From assembly GCA_964400795.1 (NCBI GenBank), contig CAYNWA010000002.1:171146-235145 (forward strand): a stretch of 64,000 nucleotides of DNA. The letters are read 5' to 3'. This stretch comes from an uncultured Smithella sp. (lineage in GTDB: Bacteria > Desulfobacterota > Syntrophia > Syntrophales > Smithellaceae). Below, one piece after another: positions 48,681-57,637 of this stretch. The notes beneath the pieces are model-generated. The model searched no databases. It was not told where the DNA came from and saw nothing but the letters and a program-made list of their open reading frames with translations. Numbering within the stretch: position 1 is the stretch's first letter; every line of letters starts with the position of its first letter. The translations under genes and the position numbers were made by a program.

Positions 48681-50879
48681 TCATATTCCCGTATTTAACA
48701 TTTCAACGATACGAATAAAATCAACAGTCATTTGCTGTTCATATTGCGTATCAAGCGGCAAATCAAATCCTATTTGTTGATGTAATCCGATGGAATTTAG
48801 TTTGAAATCAGCAGGAACAGGTAAATTGTACTGTGCGAACATGTTGTGGATATTATCAAGGATGATGTATCCGGCAGAAAATGTGAAATATCCCGTAGTG
48901 CTATTAATATACCAAAATTGATCATTTAATGATAATTCCAATTTATATCCATTATTGAAACTCAGCACCATACCTTGATAGTGGGTGTAGATGCCACTCG
49001 CCGCAGTAATTGGTGATATGGTCATATCATCAATTTTGAACTCAATATATGTGTCTTTTGTAATAGGTATGGGGAATATATTATTTGCATAAGTATTGCC
49101 GGACAAATTATGAATCCCGACCAAAGATAAATTAAAGTGTGCACCGGGATATAGGCCGCTCGGATCTGCAATGGGATAGCGAATATTTGTTTTTATTAAT
49201 TTTCCACCGACAATCTCATTTTGAGCAACGCCATGCTCAATGTTATGGTATGGACATATATTGGTGCCAAAGACAGGAGAGTCCATTTGAAACCAGTTGT
49301 AATCGCCTTTCGGTGCCGTATTGAGTTCTTCATTAAACTTCAATTTGCCGGGACTAAAAACCTTGCCGATAACAGCGCCTTCTTCACTGCCGAGTTTCCC
49401 CTGATAGGTTAACGTCAGTTTGATGGAATCCCATTGATCAACAGGAATCTGCGTGCCTTCGGGAAAAAGGAAGTTAAGGCCTTCTGATACCTGTCCGTAA
49501 TCCAATGATCCTATAACAGCGTAATCTGACGCCCCGTACTTTGCTCTGAAAATTATTTCTTCATTATTGTTGTCTATATACTTTCCGGTCAACATCAGTT
49601 TGCCGTTAGTCATTGCTTCATTAAGGGTCGCGTTTTTTATGCTTAGCTTTACATAGCTGATTTTATTTTCTTTTATAACGGGAAGGCATTTTACTTCCAT
49701 CTGCCCGCGGAAAAAATACTTCAGCAATTCAGAAGAATAACCAATGGCCAAAGGCAGAAGTTCTCTGGCATAAGCGTCGTGGACATTATCATCTAAAACG
49801 AGTTTAAAAGTAGCAATATTATCATTTGTAATTGACGATTCTTCATTGAGCAAACTTATTGCGCCAGATGGATTGCTGGAATCATTACGGCAAACATACT
49901 TTCTCGGATCTGTTGTTTCCATTTCATTATCAATACAAATACTGTAGTCTTGAGAATTGACTTTGGGAAATGGATAAACATGTTCTGTTGATGGGTTATT
50001 ATTAAGTATAGTGCTATCACTTAAATAATTGGTGTTGGTAATTTCCGCCAGCCCCAGTGTTGTGCTGTTAGAAGGGTTTGTCCCGGTGTATTGATTGGTA
50101 TCCCAAAAATCTGTCAGACGGGGATTAGTAAATGTTGGTGGAGTGGATTCAGCGGCAGATACGAGCTGAGAATTGGCTTTAATATAACGTTCAAAAGGAT
50201 TGCCAAACCAGTCAATAGGATTTCCTGAACATTCATCATTGGTACAAAACCCATTAAAAATAAGATGTGATTGGAAATCGTTACGCACATGGGCAGGAAC
50301 GGACATGTCCTGTAGAAGATGCAGAACCTGTCCTAAAGCTGTAAACATCTGGGCAAAGTTGTCTTCTCTTGTGGTTTGAGTCGTCGCTGTCAGGGCACTT
50401 AAATAAAGAGATCTGGCGTTAGCCCACATATTGGGTGATTTTTCGTTACCAGGATTATAGGGAATCGGTGTGCTTGTGGGGGCTGTAAAACCCGTTGCCC
50501 ACGTAACAGTGGAGTAAAAGGGAGTATAGTCATGGCAATAGATATTTATCCACCAAGGAGAATCGCTCATTCCCGCAGTATTCCATAATTTTGTATTCAT
50601 CGGATCATGAAAATGATTACTTGCTCTACACATGGGACTGTCTTCAGCAGTAGAACCATCTGTCAACCATTTTAAAATAGTATTTTCTCCATTATTTGGC
50701 AGTTTTGTTTCTAAACCATCTTTAAAATTTAGATTATTCTTAAGATAGTTGTGAACTTGAGAATTTTTAGCTGAATTTTCTGTAATCAATGGGTGTATTC
50801 TTTCATCATCATGAGCATAAATTTGACTACTGAAAGAAGTAAATATTATAAGTACAAATATCAGTATTCTTATTTTCAT
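48681..50879 (-). CDS. Secreted protein with an N-terminal zinc-phospholipase-C/P1-nuclease-like domain and a large uncharacterised C-terminal region
   Basis: Signal peptide. The His-rich N-terminus (AHDDERIHP..., CRASNHFHDPMN, HLLQDMSVPAHVRND) recalls the ASHFYDPD region of zinc PLCs. The C-terminal ~450 aa has no recognised motif. Confidence 0.55.
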   Translation of the reverse strand: MKIRILIFVLIIFTSFSSQIYAHDDERIHPLITENSAKNSQVHNYLKNNLNFKDGLETKLPNNGENTILKWLTDGSTAEDSPMCRASNHFHDPMNTKLWNTAGMSDSPWWINIYCHDYTPFYSTVTWATGFTAPTSTPIPYNPGNEKSPNMWANARSLYLSALTATTQTTREDNFAQMFTALGQVLHLLQDMSVPAHVRNDFQSHLIFNGFCTNDECSGNPIDWFGNPFERYIKANSQLVSAAESTPPTFTNPRLTDFWDTNQYTGTNPSNSTTLGLAEITNTNYLSDSTILNNNPSTEHVYPFPKVNSQDYSICIDNEMETTDPRKYVCRNDSSNPSGAISLLNEESSITNDNIATFKLVLDDNVHDAYARELLPLAIGYSSELLKYFFRGQMEVKCLPVIKENKISYVKLSIKNATLNEAMTNGKLMLTGKYIDNNNEEIIFRAKYGASDYAVIGSLDYGQVSEGLNFLFPEGTQIPVDQWDSIKLTLTYQGKLGSEEGAVIGKVFSPGKLKFNEELNTAPKGDYNWFQMDSPVFGTNICPYHNIEHGVAQNEIVGGKLIKTNIRYPIADPSGLYPGAHFNLSLVGIHNLSGNTYANNIFPIPITKDTYIEFKIDDMTISPITAASGIYTHYQGMVLSFNNGYKLELSLNDQFWYINSTTGYFTFSAGYIILDNIHNMFAQYNLPVPADFKLNSIGLHQQIGFDLPLDTQYEQQMTVDFIRIVEMLNTGI

Positions 50880-50911
50880 ATCGGGGCTCCCTAATAAAGT
50901 GATTCTCTATT

Positions 50912-51442
50912 CTATCTTTGCTTTTGGCTTCTTTCTTCAGATGCTTTAAGCTCTTCCCATCTAATAGCATGATTCATTATTTGTTTCTCTTTTGAGGCCA
51001 TTCCAAAATTCATCGAATAATTTATGAAAGATGTATGTTTATCATAACTATATTCCGGCTTAAATTTTTCCAGCTTAAACACGTAATGATTTTCCCATTT
51101 AAAATCGGTTCTCTTTTTCCAATCGGGGAAAATAAATTCGTTATTCCAGGCAACGTAACCTTTTTTGTAAACTGTAACGCGAGGTGCACTAACCATGGGG
51201 TTTGATACTCCTTCAATAGAAGCTTTGCCCTCTTTGTCTGTAACTACTTCCACAACCTTATAACTCTCCGTATAGCTCATCCCCGGCAATCCTTTTGCCT
51301 GTGTCCATTCCACAAGAATCACAGCACCCTCAATCGGCTGGCCGGTTTCCGCGTCAACAACAACGCCGGTAATCGTTCCTTCACAGCCAGTGACTATGAA
51401 AAGAGATAATAATATTGCTAAAAATATTTGTCTGACTTTCAT
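50912..51442 (-). CDS. Lipoprotein with a carboxypeptidase-regulatory-like (CarboxypepD_reg) domain, copy 1
   Basis: Lipobox IVTGC. ITGVVVDAETGQPIEGAVILVEW is typical of that beta-sandwich domain. Confidence 0.7.
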   Translation of the reverse strand: MKVRQIFLAILLSLFIVTGCEGTITGVVVDAETGQPIEGAVILVEWTQAKGLPGMSYTESYKVVEVVTDKEGKASIEGVSNPMVSAPRVTVYKKGYVAWNNEFIFPDWKKRTDFKWENHYVFKLEKFKPEYSYDKHTSFINYSMNFGMASKEKQIMNHAIRWEELKASEERSQKQR

Positions 51443-52023
51443 GAAACTACCTCCTGAATAAGATGCAGAACCTGTCCTAAAGCTGTAAACATCTGGGCAA
51501 AGTTGTCTTCTCTTGTGGTTTGAGTCGTCGCTGTCAGGGCACTTAAATAAAGAGATCTGGCGTTAGCCCACATATTGGGTGATTTTTCGTTACCAGGATT
51601 ATAGGGAATCGGTGTGCTTGTGGGGGCTGTAAAACCCGTTGCCCACGTAACAGTGGAGTAAAAGGGAGTATAGTCATGGCAATAGATATTTATCCACCAA
51701 GGAGAATCGCTCATTCCCGCAGTATTCCATAATTTTGTATTCATCGGATCATGAAAATGATTACTTGCTCTACACATAGGGGAGTCTTCTCGTTTTGAAC
51801 CTTCACGTAACCAGTACAAAATAGTATTCCCATTATTAGATGGTGTTTGAGTTTCAACTCCATTCTTAAAATTTAGATTATTTTTAAGATATGCATCAAA
51901 TTCTGGATTTTCAGCGGCCATTTTTGTAATTTCAGGGTGAATTAATCTGTCTTCATGGGCAAACAAATAGCTACAGTAAAATTGGACTAATATAAATCCT
52001 AATAGAAATAACCATTTTTTCAT
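51439..52023 (-). CDS. Truncated paralog (194 aa) of the PLC-like protein N-terminus
   Basis: Own signal peptide. Residues about 79-187 are identical to 48681..50879, then 7 junction-encoded residues. The stop overlaps the next ATG (ATGA). Confidence 0.5.
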   Translation of the reverse strand: MKKWLFLLGFILVQFYCSYLFAHEDRLIHPEITKMAAENPEFDAYLKNNLNFKNGVETQTPSNNGNTILYWLREGSKREDSPMCRASNHFHDPMNTKLWNTAGMSDSPWWINIYCHDYTPFYSTVTWATGFTAPTSTPIPYNPGNEKSPNMWANARSLYLSALTATTQTTREDNFAQMFTALGQVLHLIQEVVS

Positions 52024-52036
52024 ATCAAAACCCCTT

Positions 52037-52582
52037 CTATTGTTTTATTTCCTTTTTCTTTTGTATTTCACTTCTTTCTTCAGATGCTTTTAGTTGTTCC
52101 CATCTTATAGCATTGAACATTTGTTGTTTTTTCTCTGAGGCACCAACTAGAATTGCAGAACTAAGAAAGCTTGTATGTTTAACGAAGCTATACTCCGGCT
52201 TAAATTTTTCCAACTTAAACACATAATTATTTTCCCATTTAAAATCGGTTCTCTTTTTCCAATCGGGGAAAATAAATTCGTTATTCCAGGCAACGTAACC
52301 TTTTTTGTAAACTGTAACGCGAGGTGCACTAACCATGGGGTTTGATACTCCTTCAATAGAAGCTTTGCCCTCTTTGTCTGTAACTACTTCCACAACCTTA
52401 TAACTCTCCGTATAGCTCATCCCCGGCAATCCTTTTGCCTGTGTCCATTCCACAAGAATCACAGCACCCTCAATCGGCTGGCCGGTTTCCGCGTCAACAA
52501 CAACGCCGGTAATCGTTCCTTCACAGCCAGTGACTATGAAAAGAGATAATAATATTGCTAAAAATATTTGCTTGAGTTTCAT
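52037..52582 (-). CDS. Lipoprotein with a CarboxypepD_reg-like domain, copy 2
   Basis: Same lipobox and first ~115 aa as copy 1; divergent C-terminal third. Confidence 0.7.
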   Translation of the reverse strand: MKLKQIFLAILLSLFIVTGCEGTITGVVVDAETGQPIEGAVILVEWTQAKGLPGMSYTESYKVVEVVTDKEGKASIEGVSNPMVSAPRVTVYKKGYVAWNNEFIFPDWKKRTDFKWENNYVFKLEKFKPEYSFVKHTSFLSSAILVGASEKKQQMFNAIRWEQLKASEERSEIQKKKEIKQ

Positions 52583-52606
52583 GAAGTGACCTCCTGCATC
52601 ATCTCT

Positions 52607-55213
52607 TTAAAATTCATAAATTTTCCATATACCATAGTTATCTTTAACAAAGATAAGCGGATATGAATACGTGCCTCCTGCTTCCGCACGCATAGCTCCG
52701 CAAGAAGCAACCGTTTCGTAATTCTTGGCAAGACGAATTGAACTAATACCGGAAAAAATTGCGTTTATTTTTGTTTGCCCAAGTGCCGTAAATATTTGCC
52801 TGAACTTTTCCTGATTCCCCGGCATAAAATAACTTAAAGCCGCATCCATGTTACCGGCCATAAGTGCCGACTTCATTCCTTCCCATTTGGCTTTCAATAA
52901 CACTTCAAGTTGCGCCTTTGACAGAACAGTTACATTCGTACTGCTGGAGTAATTGTTACCGACGCTATCCATGACTGTTACTTGAGGATGATAAGTGCCT
53001 TCCACAGTGTAAGTATAATTTACATTATCAAATGATAAACCCGTGTAGTCTGTGATGCCATCACCATTAAAATCTATCTGATAGTTCAGAATTGTATTTG
53101 ATAAGTTTTCTGAAACAACAAAAAAAACGGTAAGCGGCGCCGTACCCGATACCGGATAAGCGCTGAGGGTGATAAAGTTTTCAGGGATGGTTGCATTAAC
53201 CGTAATGGATTTGGATGCCGAGGTGCCGTTGACATCCGTTGCCGTAACGGTGATGGTGTTTGCTCCTTCTGATAAAGGCACGTTGTTGACAACGAATTGA
53301 TTGTTGTTCAGAGTGGCGGTCATGCCGTTGACTGTTACGCCGGTTTCCACATTGGCAGTGTTATTGATCGAACCGGTCACCATCACGCTGTTCCCGCTGA
53401 TACTGGCGCCGTTGGCCGGCGAACTGATCGTGATATAAATGGCTCCATTTGTTTTGAAAGTCTTATCCGAAGAATAAGTTGTAGTGCCATTATCCGATGC
53501 CGCCACAACGCGAAAATGATAAGTTGTCGATGGCGTCAGATTCGTCAGCGTGAGACTGTGCGATGTTGCTTCAAGGACGTTTGAAACACCTGTTTCATAG
53601 GAGGTTGTTATCCCGTAGTCGACACGGCCTTGCGTTGGCTGATCCGTCGTCCAGTTTATTTTGGCCGAGTTTTCTGTAATATCCGTTACATTAATACTAC
53701 TGATGACCGGTTGTATAGGTGCCAGAGATACGTTAATGATATTTGTTTCTCCTATGGCAACAGAACCGGCAAAGGAAAAGGGTAAATACCAGGGCTTGGT
53801 GATCGTTCCAGAATATGCGCCTCCGGCCACTTGGGCAGTAAATGCACCTGATGCATTGGTTGGTATTGCCTGAGTATTTCCCTGCGCATCGGTTATCGAT
53901 ACTAAAGCCGAAGGCAGCGGGAGGCCTGTTAAACCGTTAATCACTGTGCCGGTGAGAGTGCCCTTAACCGGCACAACAATATTGACGGTAATGTCATCGC
54001 TGGCGGTGCGGCCGTATTGATCGGTGGCAATAGCAAGAATCGTATTTTCCCCTTCCTCTAAAGTCAGTTTTGAGGAAAAGGTGTCTCCGCTCACCAGGGC
54101 GATAAGATCATTGACGGTCACGTTTGTGCTATTTTCAACCGTTCCCGAAACATCCACGGTTTTAGAGGAAATCTGAGCCTTGTCCTGTGGGGAGGTAATC
54201 TTTATTTTGGGCAGAGGCGCGGAAAGGGGCAAGGATATGATGGTCAGGCTGTCTGTTTCGTCATCGGCAACGATAGCCGTATTGCGATTGCTGTTTACGG
54301 CAACACTATGAGGATGACGGGTTAATGAATAGGTTTTTATGATTTCATTTGTGCTTAAATCCAGAAGAATTAGCTTTTTATCCTGATCACATAAAATCAC
54401 TGCGCGGTTATCTATGGTGTTTATCGCCACATCCAGTGGACCTGTTCCCAGTGCTTTTGTAGTGAGGCGTTTTGTTAATAAGTCTACAACTGTTACGCTT
54501 TTGTCCTGGTAATTGGTAATAATTACGGTATTGGTCTCGGGATTGACATCAACGGCCTGCGGTTTTTTCTCCAAAACAATAGAGTCGCTGAGGCTATAAT
54601 TGTTCATATCGATAATATTGAGGTTGGTTTTGTTTTTATTGAGAACAAGAGCAATGTTGCTTTCAGAATCGATTGCCACATCACCAGATTTTATGCCTAC
54701 GTCCGTTTGGCCCACAACCGTTCGCGTGCTTATATCGACAAAGAATACTTCTGTGTCGGTGGCGCTGGTCACAGCGGCGATATGTGTTTCAGAATTGATG
54801 GCAATGTTTCTTGGCTTGGTGTCAATATCCAGAGTGGCAATGACATTGTTCGCATTTAAATCAATAAACGTCAGAAGGCGTTCGTTTTCATGGGCAATAA
54901 CGGCGATATTTTCAATCGTATCAATGGCTACGCCTTCGGGTAATTTTTCCACAGACAATTCGGCTATGACACTTTCCGTATTGAGATCAACGATGGAAAC
55001 AGAGTTGGTATTGGAATGGCCGTGGGTTATCACCGCTGTGTTAGTTGCCGGATTAACGGCAACCATGGCCGGACTATCTTCTATGGCGATAGTGGCTTGC
55101 TCATTAGCGGAATAAACGCTGGAATGTAGAATAAATAGGCTCAGAAAGATGAAGATTACTGAAAAGACTGGAAGAAACTTACTTCGGAAGAACATCGGTG
55201 TACGTCCAGGCAT
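52607..55213 (-). CDS. Large secreted multidomain protein: YVTN-type beta-propeller repeats, Ig-like/CarboxypepD_reg, Fn3, PKD and an NTF2/SnoaL-like tail
   Basis: SD ggaggtg before the ATG at 55213. Signal/TM segment. About 7 repeats of the ..NP.TN.A.V.N....SV.V.DL... type. Fn3 (INWTTDQPTQGRVDYG...TTYHFRV). PKD (FNGDGITDY...YTVEGTYHPQVTVMDSVGN). Confidence 0.75.
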   Translation of the reverse strand: MPGRTPMFFRSKFLPVFSVIFIFLSLFILHSSVYSANEQATIAIEDSPAMVAVNPATNTAVITHGHSNTNSVSIVDLNTESVIAELSVEKLPEGVAIDTIENIAVIAHENERLLTFIDLNANNVIATLDIDTKPRNIAINSETHIAAVTSATDTEVFFVDISTRTVVGQTDVGIKSGDVAIDSESNIALVLNKNKTNLNIIDMNNYSLSDSIVLEKKPQAVDVNPETNTVIITNYQDKSVTVVDLLTKRLTTKALGTGPLDVAINTIDNRAVILCDQDKKLILLDLSTNEIIKTYSLTRHPHSVAVNSNRNTAIVADDETDSLTIISLPLSAPLPKIKITSPQDKAQISSKTVDVSGTVENSTNVTVNDLIALVSGDTFSSKLTLEEGENTILAIATDQYGRTASDDITVNIVVPVKGTLTGTVINGLTGLPLPSALVSITDAQGNTQAIPTNASGAFTAQVAGGAYSGTITKPWYLPFSFAGSVAIGETNIINVSLAPIQPVISSINVTDITENSAKINWTTDQPTQGRVDYGITTSYETGVSNVLEATSHSLTLTNLTPSTTYHFRVVAASDNGTTTYSSDKTFKTNGAIYITISSPANGASISGNSVMVTGSINNTANVETGVTVNGMTATLNNNQFVVNNVPLSEGANTITVTATDVNGTSASKSITVNATIPENFITLSAYPVSGTAPLTVFFVVSENLSNTILNYQIDFNGDGITDYTGLSFDNVNYTYTVEGTYHPQVTVMDSVGNNYSSSTNVTVLSKAQLEVLLKAKWEGMKSALMAGNMDAALSYFMPGNQEKFRQIFTALGQTKINAIFSGISSIRLAKNYETVASCGAMRAEAGGTYSYPLIFVKDNYGIWKIYEF

Positions 55214-55558
55214 AAAAACACCTCCATAAGTTTTTATATATTTGAAAACAAATTGAAACCAGCCGCTTAAACGGCCAAAAAGCATTTAAGCAAAATACTT
55301 CAGAACACTGTTTGTAAAGCAAGTACCGCCTTGAGCATCTGCAAAAGAATCTTGTTTTCTTGGGACTATTGTTACTGAACGAAACAACATTTTAATACGT
55401 TACATGGAACATAATGTTGTTTCCGGTGAAGACTGGTATTTTGTTTATTAAATGAGAAAATGGATGTCAAGGTTTTTTTATTCATTATTTATATAACTTA
55501 AAAATAGATAACTATAATGATTCATTTTTAATCTTTAGATTTAAATCTCTTGTTTTCA

Positions 55559-57487
55559 TTATATTTCATCACCCGCTTTATATCCCTCGTGAATGGCTTC
55601 CAGAATCCGGCGCGGACTCTTTGCATCGCCAACAACCCTGTAGGGAATAGCCAGTTCCTTCAGCGTATCCTCCAATGCGTTATCTGATCTGGCGCCCATC
55701 GCGGTTACAATCAAGGCTGCTTTTTCCTCTTTTTCTTCACCCATCTGTTGATAACGCACGATATCATCTTCGATAGCCAGTACTTTAGCGCCGAACAGCA
55801 GTCTGCAGCCACTCTCCTTGATCCGTTTGTGCAGCCAATAACCATGAGCCGTGAGTTTTCCCACCGGCGGAAATGCCTGCATCTCCAGAACAGTAACCGC
55901 AATGCCTTTGGCGAGTAGATAATCCGCGGTTTCCATTCCCACATATCCGGCGCCCAGAATCACAACCGGACTTTTGAGTTCAATCTTGCCCGTAAGCACA
56001 TCGCGCGCATCTACTACTATTTTTGAATCCAGTCCGGAAACCGGAGCCGTCACCGGATAAGCGCCACAGGCCAGTATGACCGCATCAGGCCTTTCTTGTT
56101 TTATCGCATTTGCGTCAACTGTATGTTCATACTTTATATTAACGGATGCTTTACCCAAAGAACGCAAAGACCACGAAACCCAATCCATGAAGCTCTTTTT
56201 GTGCGGCGGACGGCTGGCTGATAAAAGTTGTCCCCCTGCCTGTTCCTGTTTTTCAAAAACGTCCACCTTGTGCCCTCTGGCGACCACCGCCATGGCAGCG
56301 GAAAGACCCGCCGGGCCTGCTCCAACAATCCAGACATGCTTTGGAGGATCAGCCTTGGGCGCCACTCCTTTATATTCGCGTCCGCACTCCGGATTGAAAC
56401 TGCACGTTGCCGATTTCAGCTCGAAACTCAATCGTTCGATGCAACCCTGATTGCAGGCAACGCACCAGCGAATATCATCACGCTTTCCTTCACGGGCTTT
56501 ATTGATAAAATCAGGATCGGTCAGATGCTGACGTCCGAAACTGATCAGGTCGGCATCACCTCTGGCGATGGCCTGATCGGCCAGCTCCGGATCATTGATA
56601 CGACCGACACCGATAACGGGAACATTGACCACTTCTTTTACAGCGCGGGCACGGAACAAATTAAATCCGGGATCGGTATCCATGGAAGCAATGGAAAGAC
56701 CACCGGGCGTGGAATAAACTCCCACGGAACAATGAATGGCATCAACCCCGGCCTCAACCAGTTTCGGCGCAAATTTCAGCATGAAAGACAAATCATAACC
56801 GCCGCGCACCAGTTCATCAGCCGATATACGAATCCATACAGGGAAATCACGCCCCACAACTTTTCGTACAGCTGCAATTATTTCCAGAACAAAGCGCATG
56901 CGGTTTTCATCGCTTCCGCCATATTGATCTTCGCGCTTGTTGGAAAAAGGAGAAAGAAACTGATTCAATAAATAACCATGAGCGCCGTGAAGCTCCACGG
57001 CATCAAAACCCGCCTGACGTGCCCGTCCGGCCGCCCGGGCGAAGGCGTCTATCACTTCGACAATACGTTCCTGAGACATCGCTTCGCAAGGCTGACCCAA
57101 GATAACACTGGGAATGGCCGAAGGCGCCTCCGGCATGGCACCGGCCGCCGCCTCAAACGTTTCACGTCCGGCATGATGCAGTTGCAGCGCAGCCTTGGCT
57201 CCATAGCGATGCAAGGCCTCCGGAATGCGCGCCAGTCCCGGAATAAATTCATCGCTCCACACACCAATTTCACTGGGAAAGCCCTTGCCGCGCGGTACAA
57301 CAGCGCATACTTCCGTAATAATCAGACCGGTTCCTCCCTGCGCCCGGCGTGCCAAATACGCCAGCAGCCGATCGCTTATCGTACCGTCGCTATTACCGTA
57401 ACCGGTACCCATGGGCGGCATCACCGCCCGGTTTTTCAAGGTCATTCCATTAATAGTGATGGGTGAAAAAAGATGCGGGAAATTCAT
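55559..57487 (-). CDS. OYE-family FMN oxidoreductase fused to an FAD/NAD(P) domain (2,4-dienoyl-CoA reductase / NADH oxidase-like)
   Basis: N-terminal OYE TIM barrel (LFSPITINGMTLKNR..., HGAHGYLLNQFLSP), CVACNQGC Fe-S motif, Rossmann folds GAGPAGL and GAGYVG. The SD ggagga favours the ATG at 57487 over 57499. Confidence 0.85.
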   Translation of the reverse strand: MNFPHLFSPITINGMTLKNRAVMPPMGTGYGNSDGTISDRLLAYLARRAQGGTGLIITEVCAVVPRGKGFPSEIGVWSDEFIPGLARIPEALHRYGAKAALQLHHAGRETFEAAAGAMPEAPSAIPSVILGQPCEAMSQERIVEVIDAFARAAGRARQAGFDAVELHGAHGYLLNQFLSPFSNKREDQYGGSDENRMRFVLEIIAAVRKVVGRDFPVWIRISADELVRGGYDLSFMLKFAPKLVEAGVDAIHCSVGVYSTPGGLSIASMDTDPGFNLFRARAVKEVVNVPVIGVGRINDPELADQAIARGDADLISFGRQHLTDPDFINKAREGKRDDIRWCVACNQGCIERLSFELKSATCSFNPECGREYKGVAPKADPPKHVWIVGAGPAGLSAAMAVVARGHKVDVFEKQEQAGGQLLSASRPPHKKSFMDWVSWSLRSLGKASVNIKYEHTVDANAIKQERPDAVILACGAYPVTAPVSGLDSKIVVDARDVLTGKIELKSPVVILGAGYVGMETADYLLAKGIAVTVLEMQAFPPVGKLTAHGYWLHKRIKESGCRLLFGAKVLAIEDDIVRYQQMGEEKEEKAALIVTAMGARSDNALEDTLKELAIPYRVVGDAKSPRRILEAIHEGYKAGDEI

Positions 57488-57637
57488 TGATTCCTCCATT
57501 ACAAAAATAATTTAAAGACAAAATTTTGATCGACACTCAATCATATTGTCATTTAAACAATATGACTGAATAATAAAGTACCACTAAATCTTTAAAGAGT
57601 CAGTTGATTTTTTAAATCAAGATGAGATTATTTTATT

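Larger units (their letters stand above)
50316..52570. repeat. Head-to-tail tandem duplication, period about 1.14 kb, with two 100%-identical tracts
   Basis: 50316-50633 equals 51460-51777 (318 bp). 51088-51430 equals 52228-52570 (343 bp). Compared base by base by eye; sequence between the tracts is clearly diverged. Confidence 0.85.

Noticed and set aside
50316-52570. Diversity-generating retroelement (template/variable repeat pair)
   Set aside because: The repeated tracts are identical rather than differing at adenines, and no reverse transcriptase or accessory gene is present.
57601-57625. FNR/CRP-type site TTGAT-N7-ATCAA downstream of the Sec-BCP gene
   Set aside because: The spacing is 7 rather than the canonical 4, and it lies at a gene 3' end rather than in a clear promoter.
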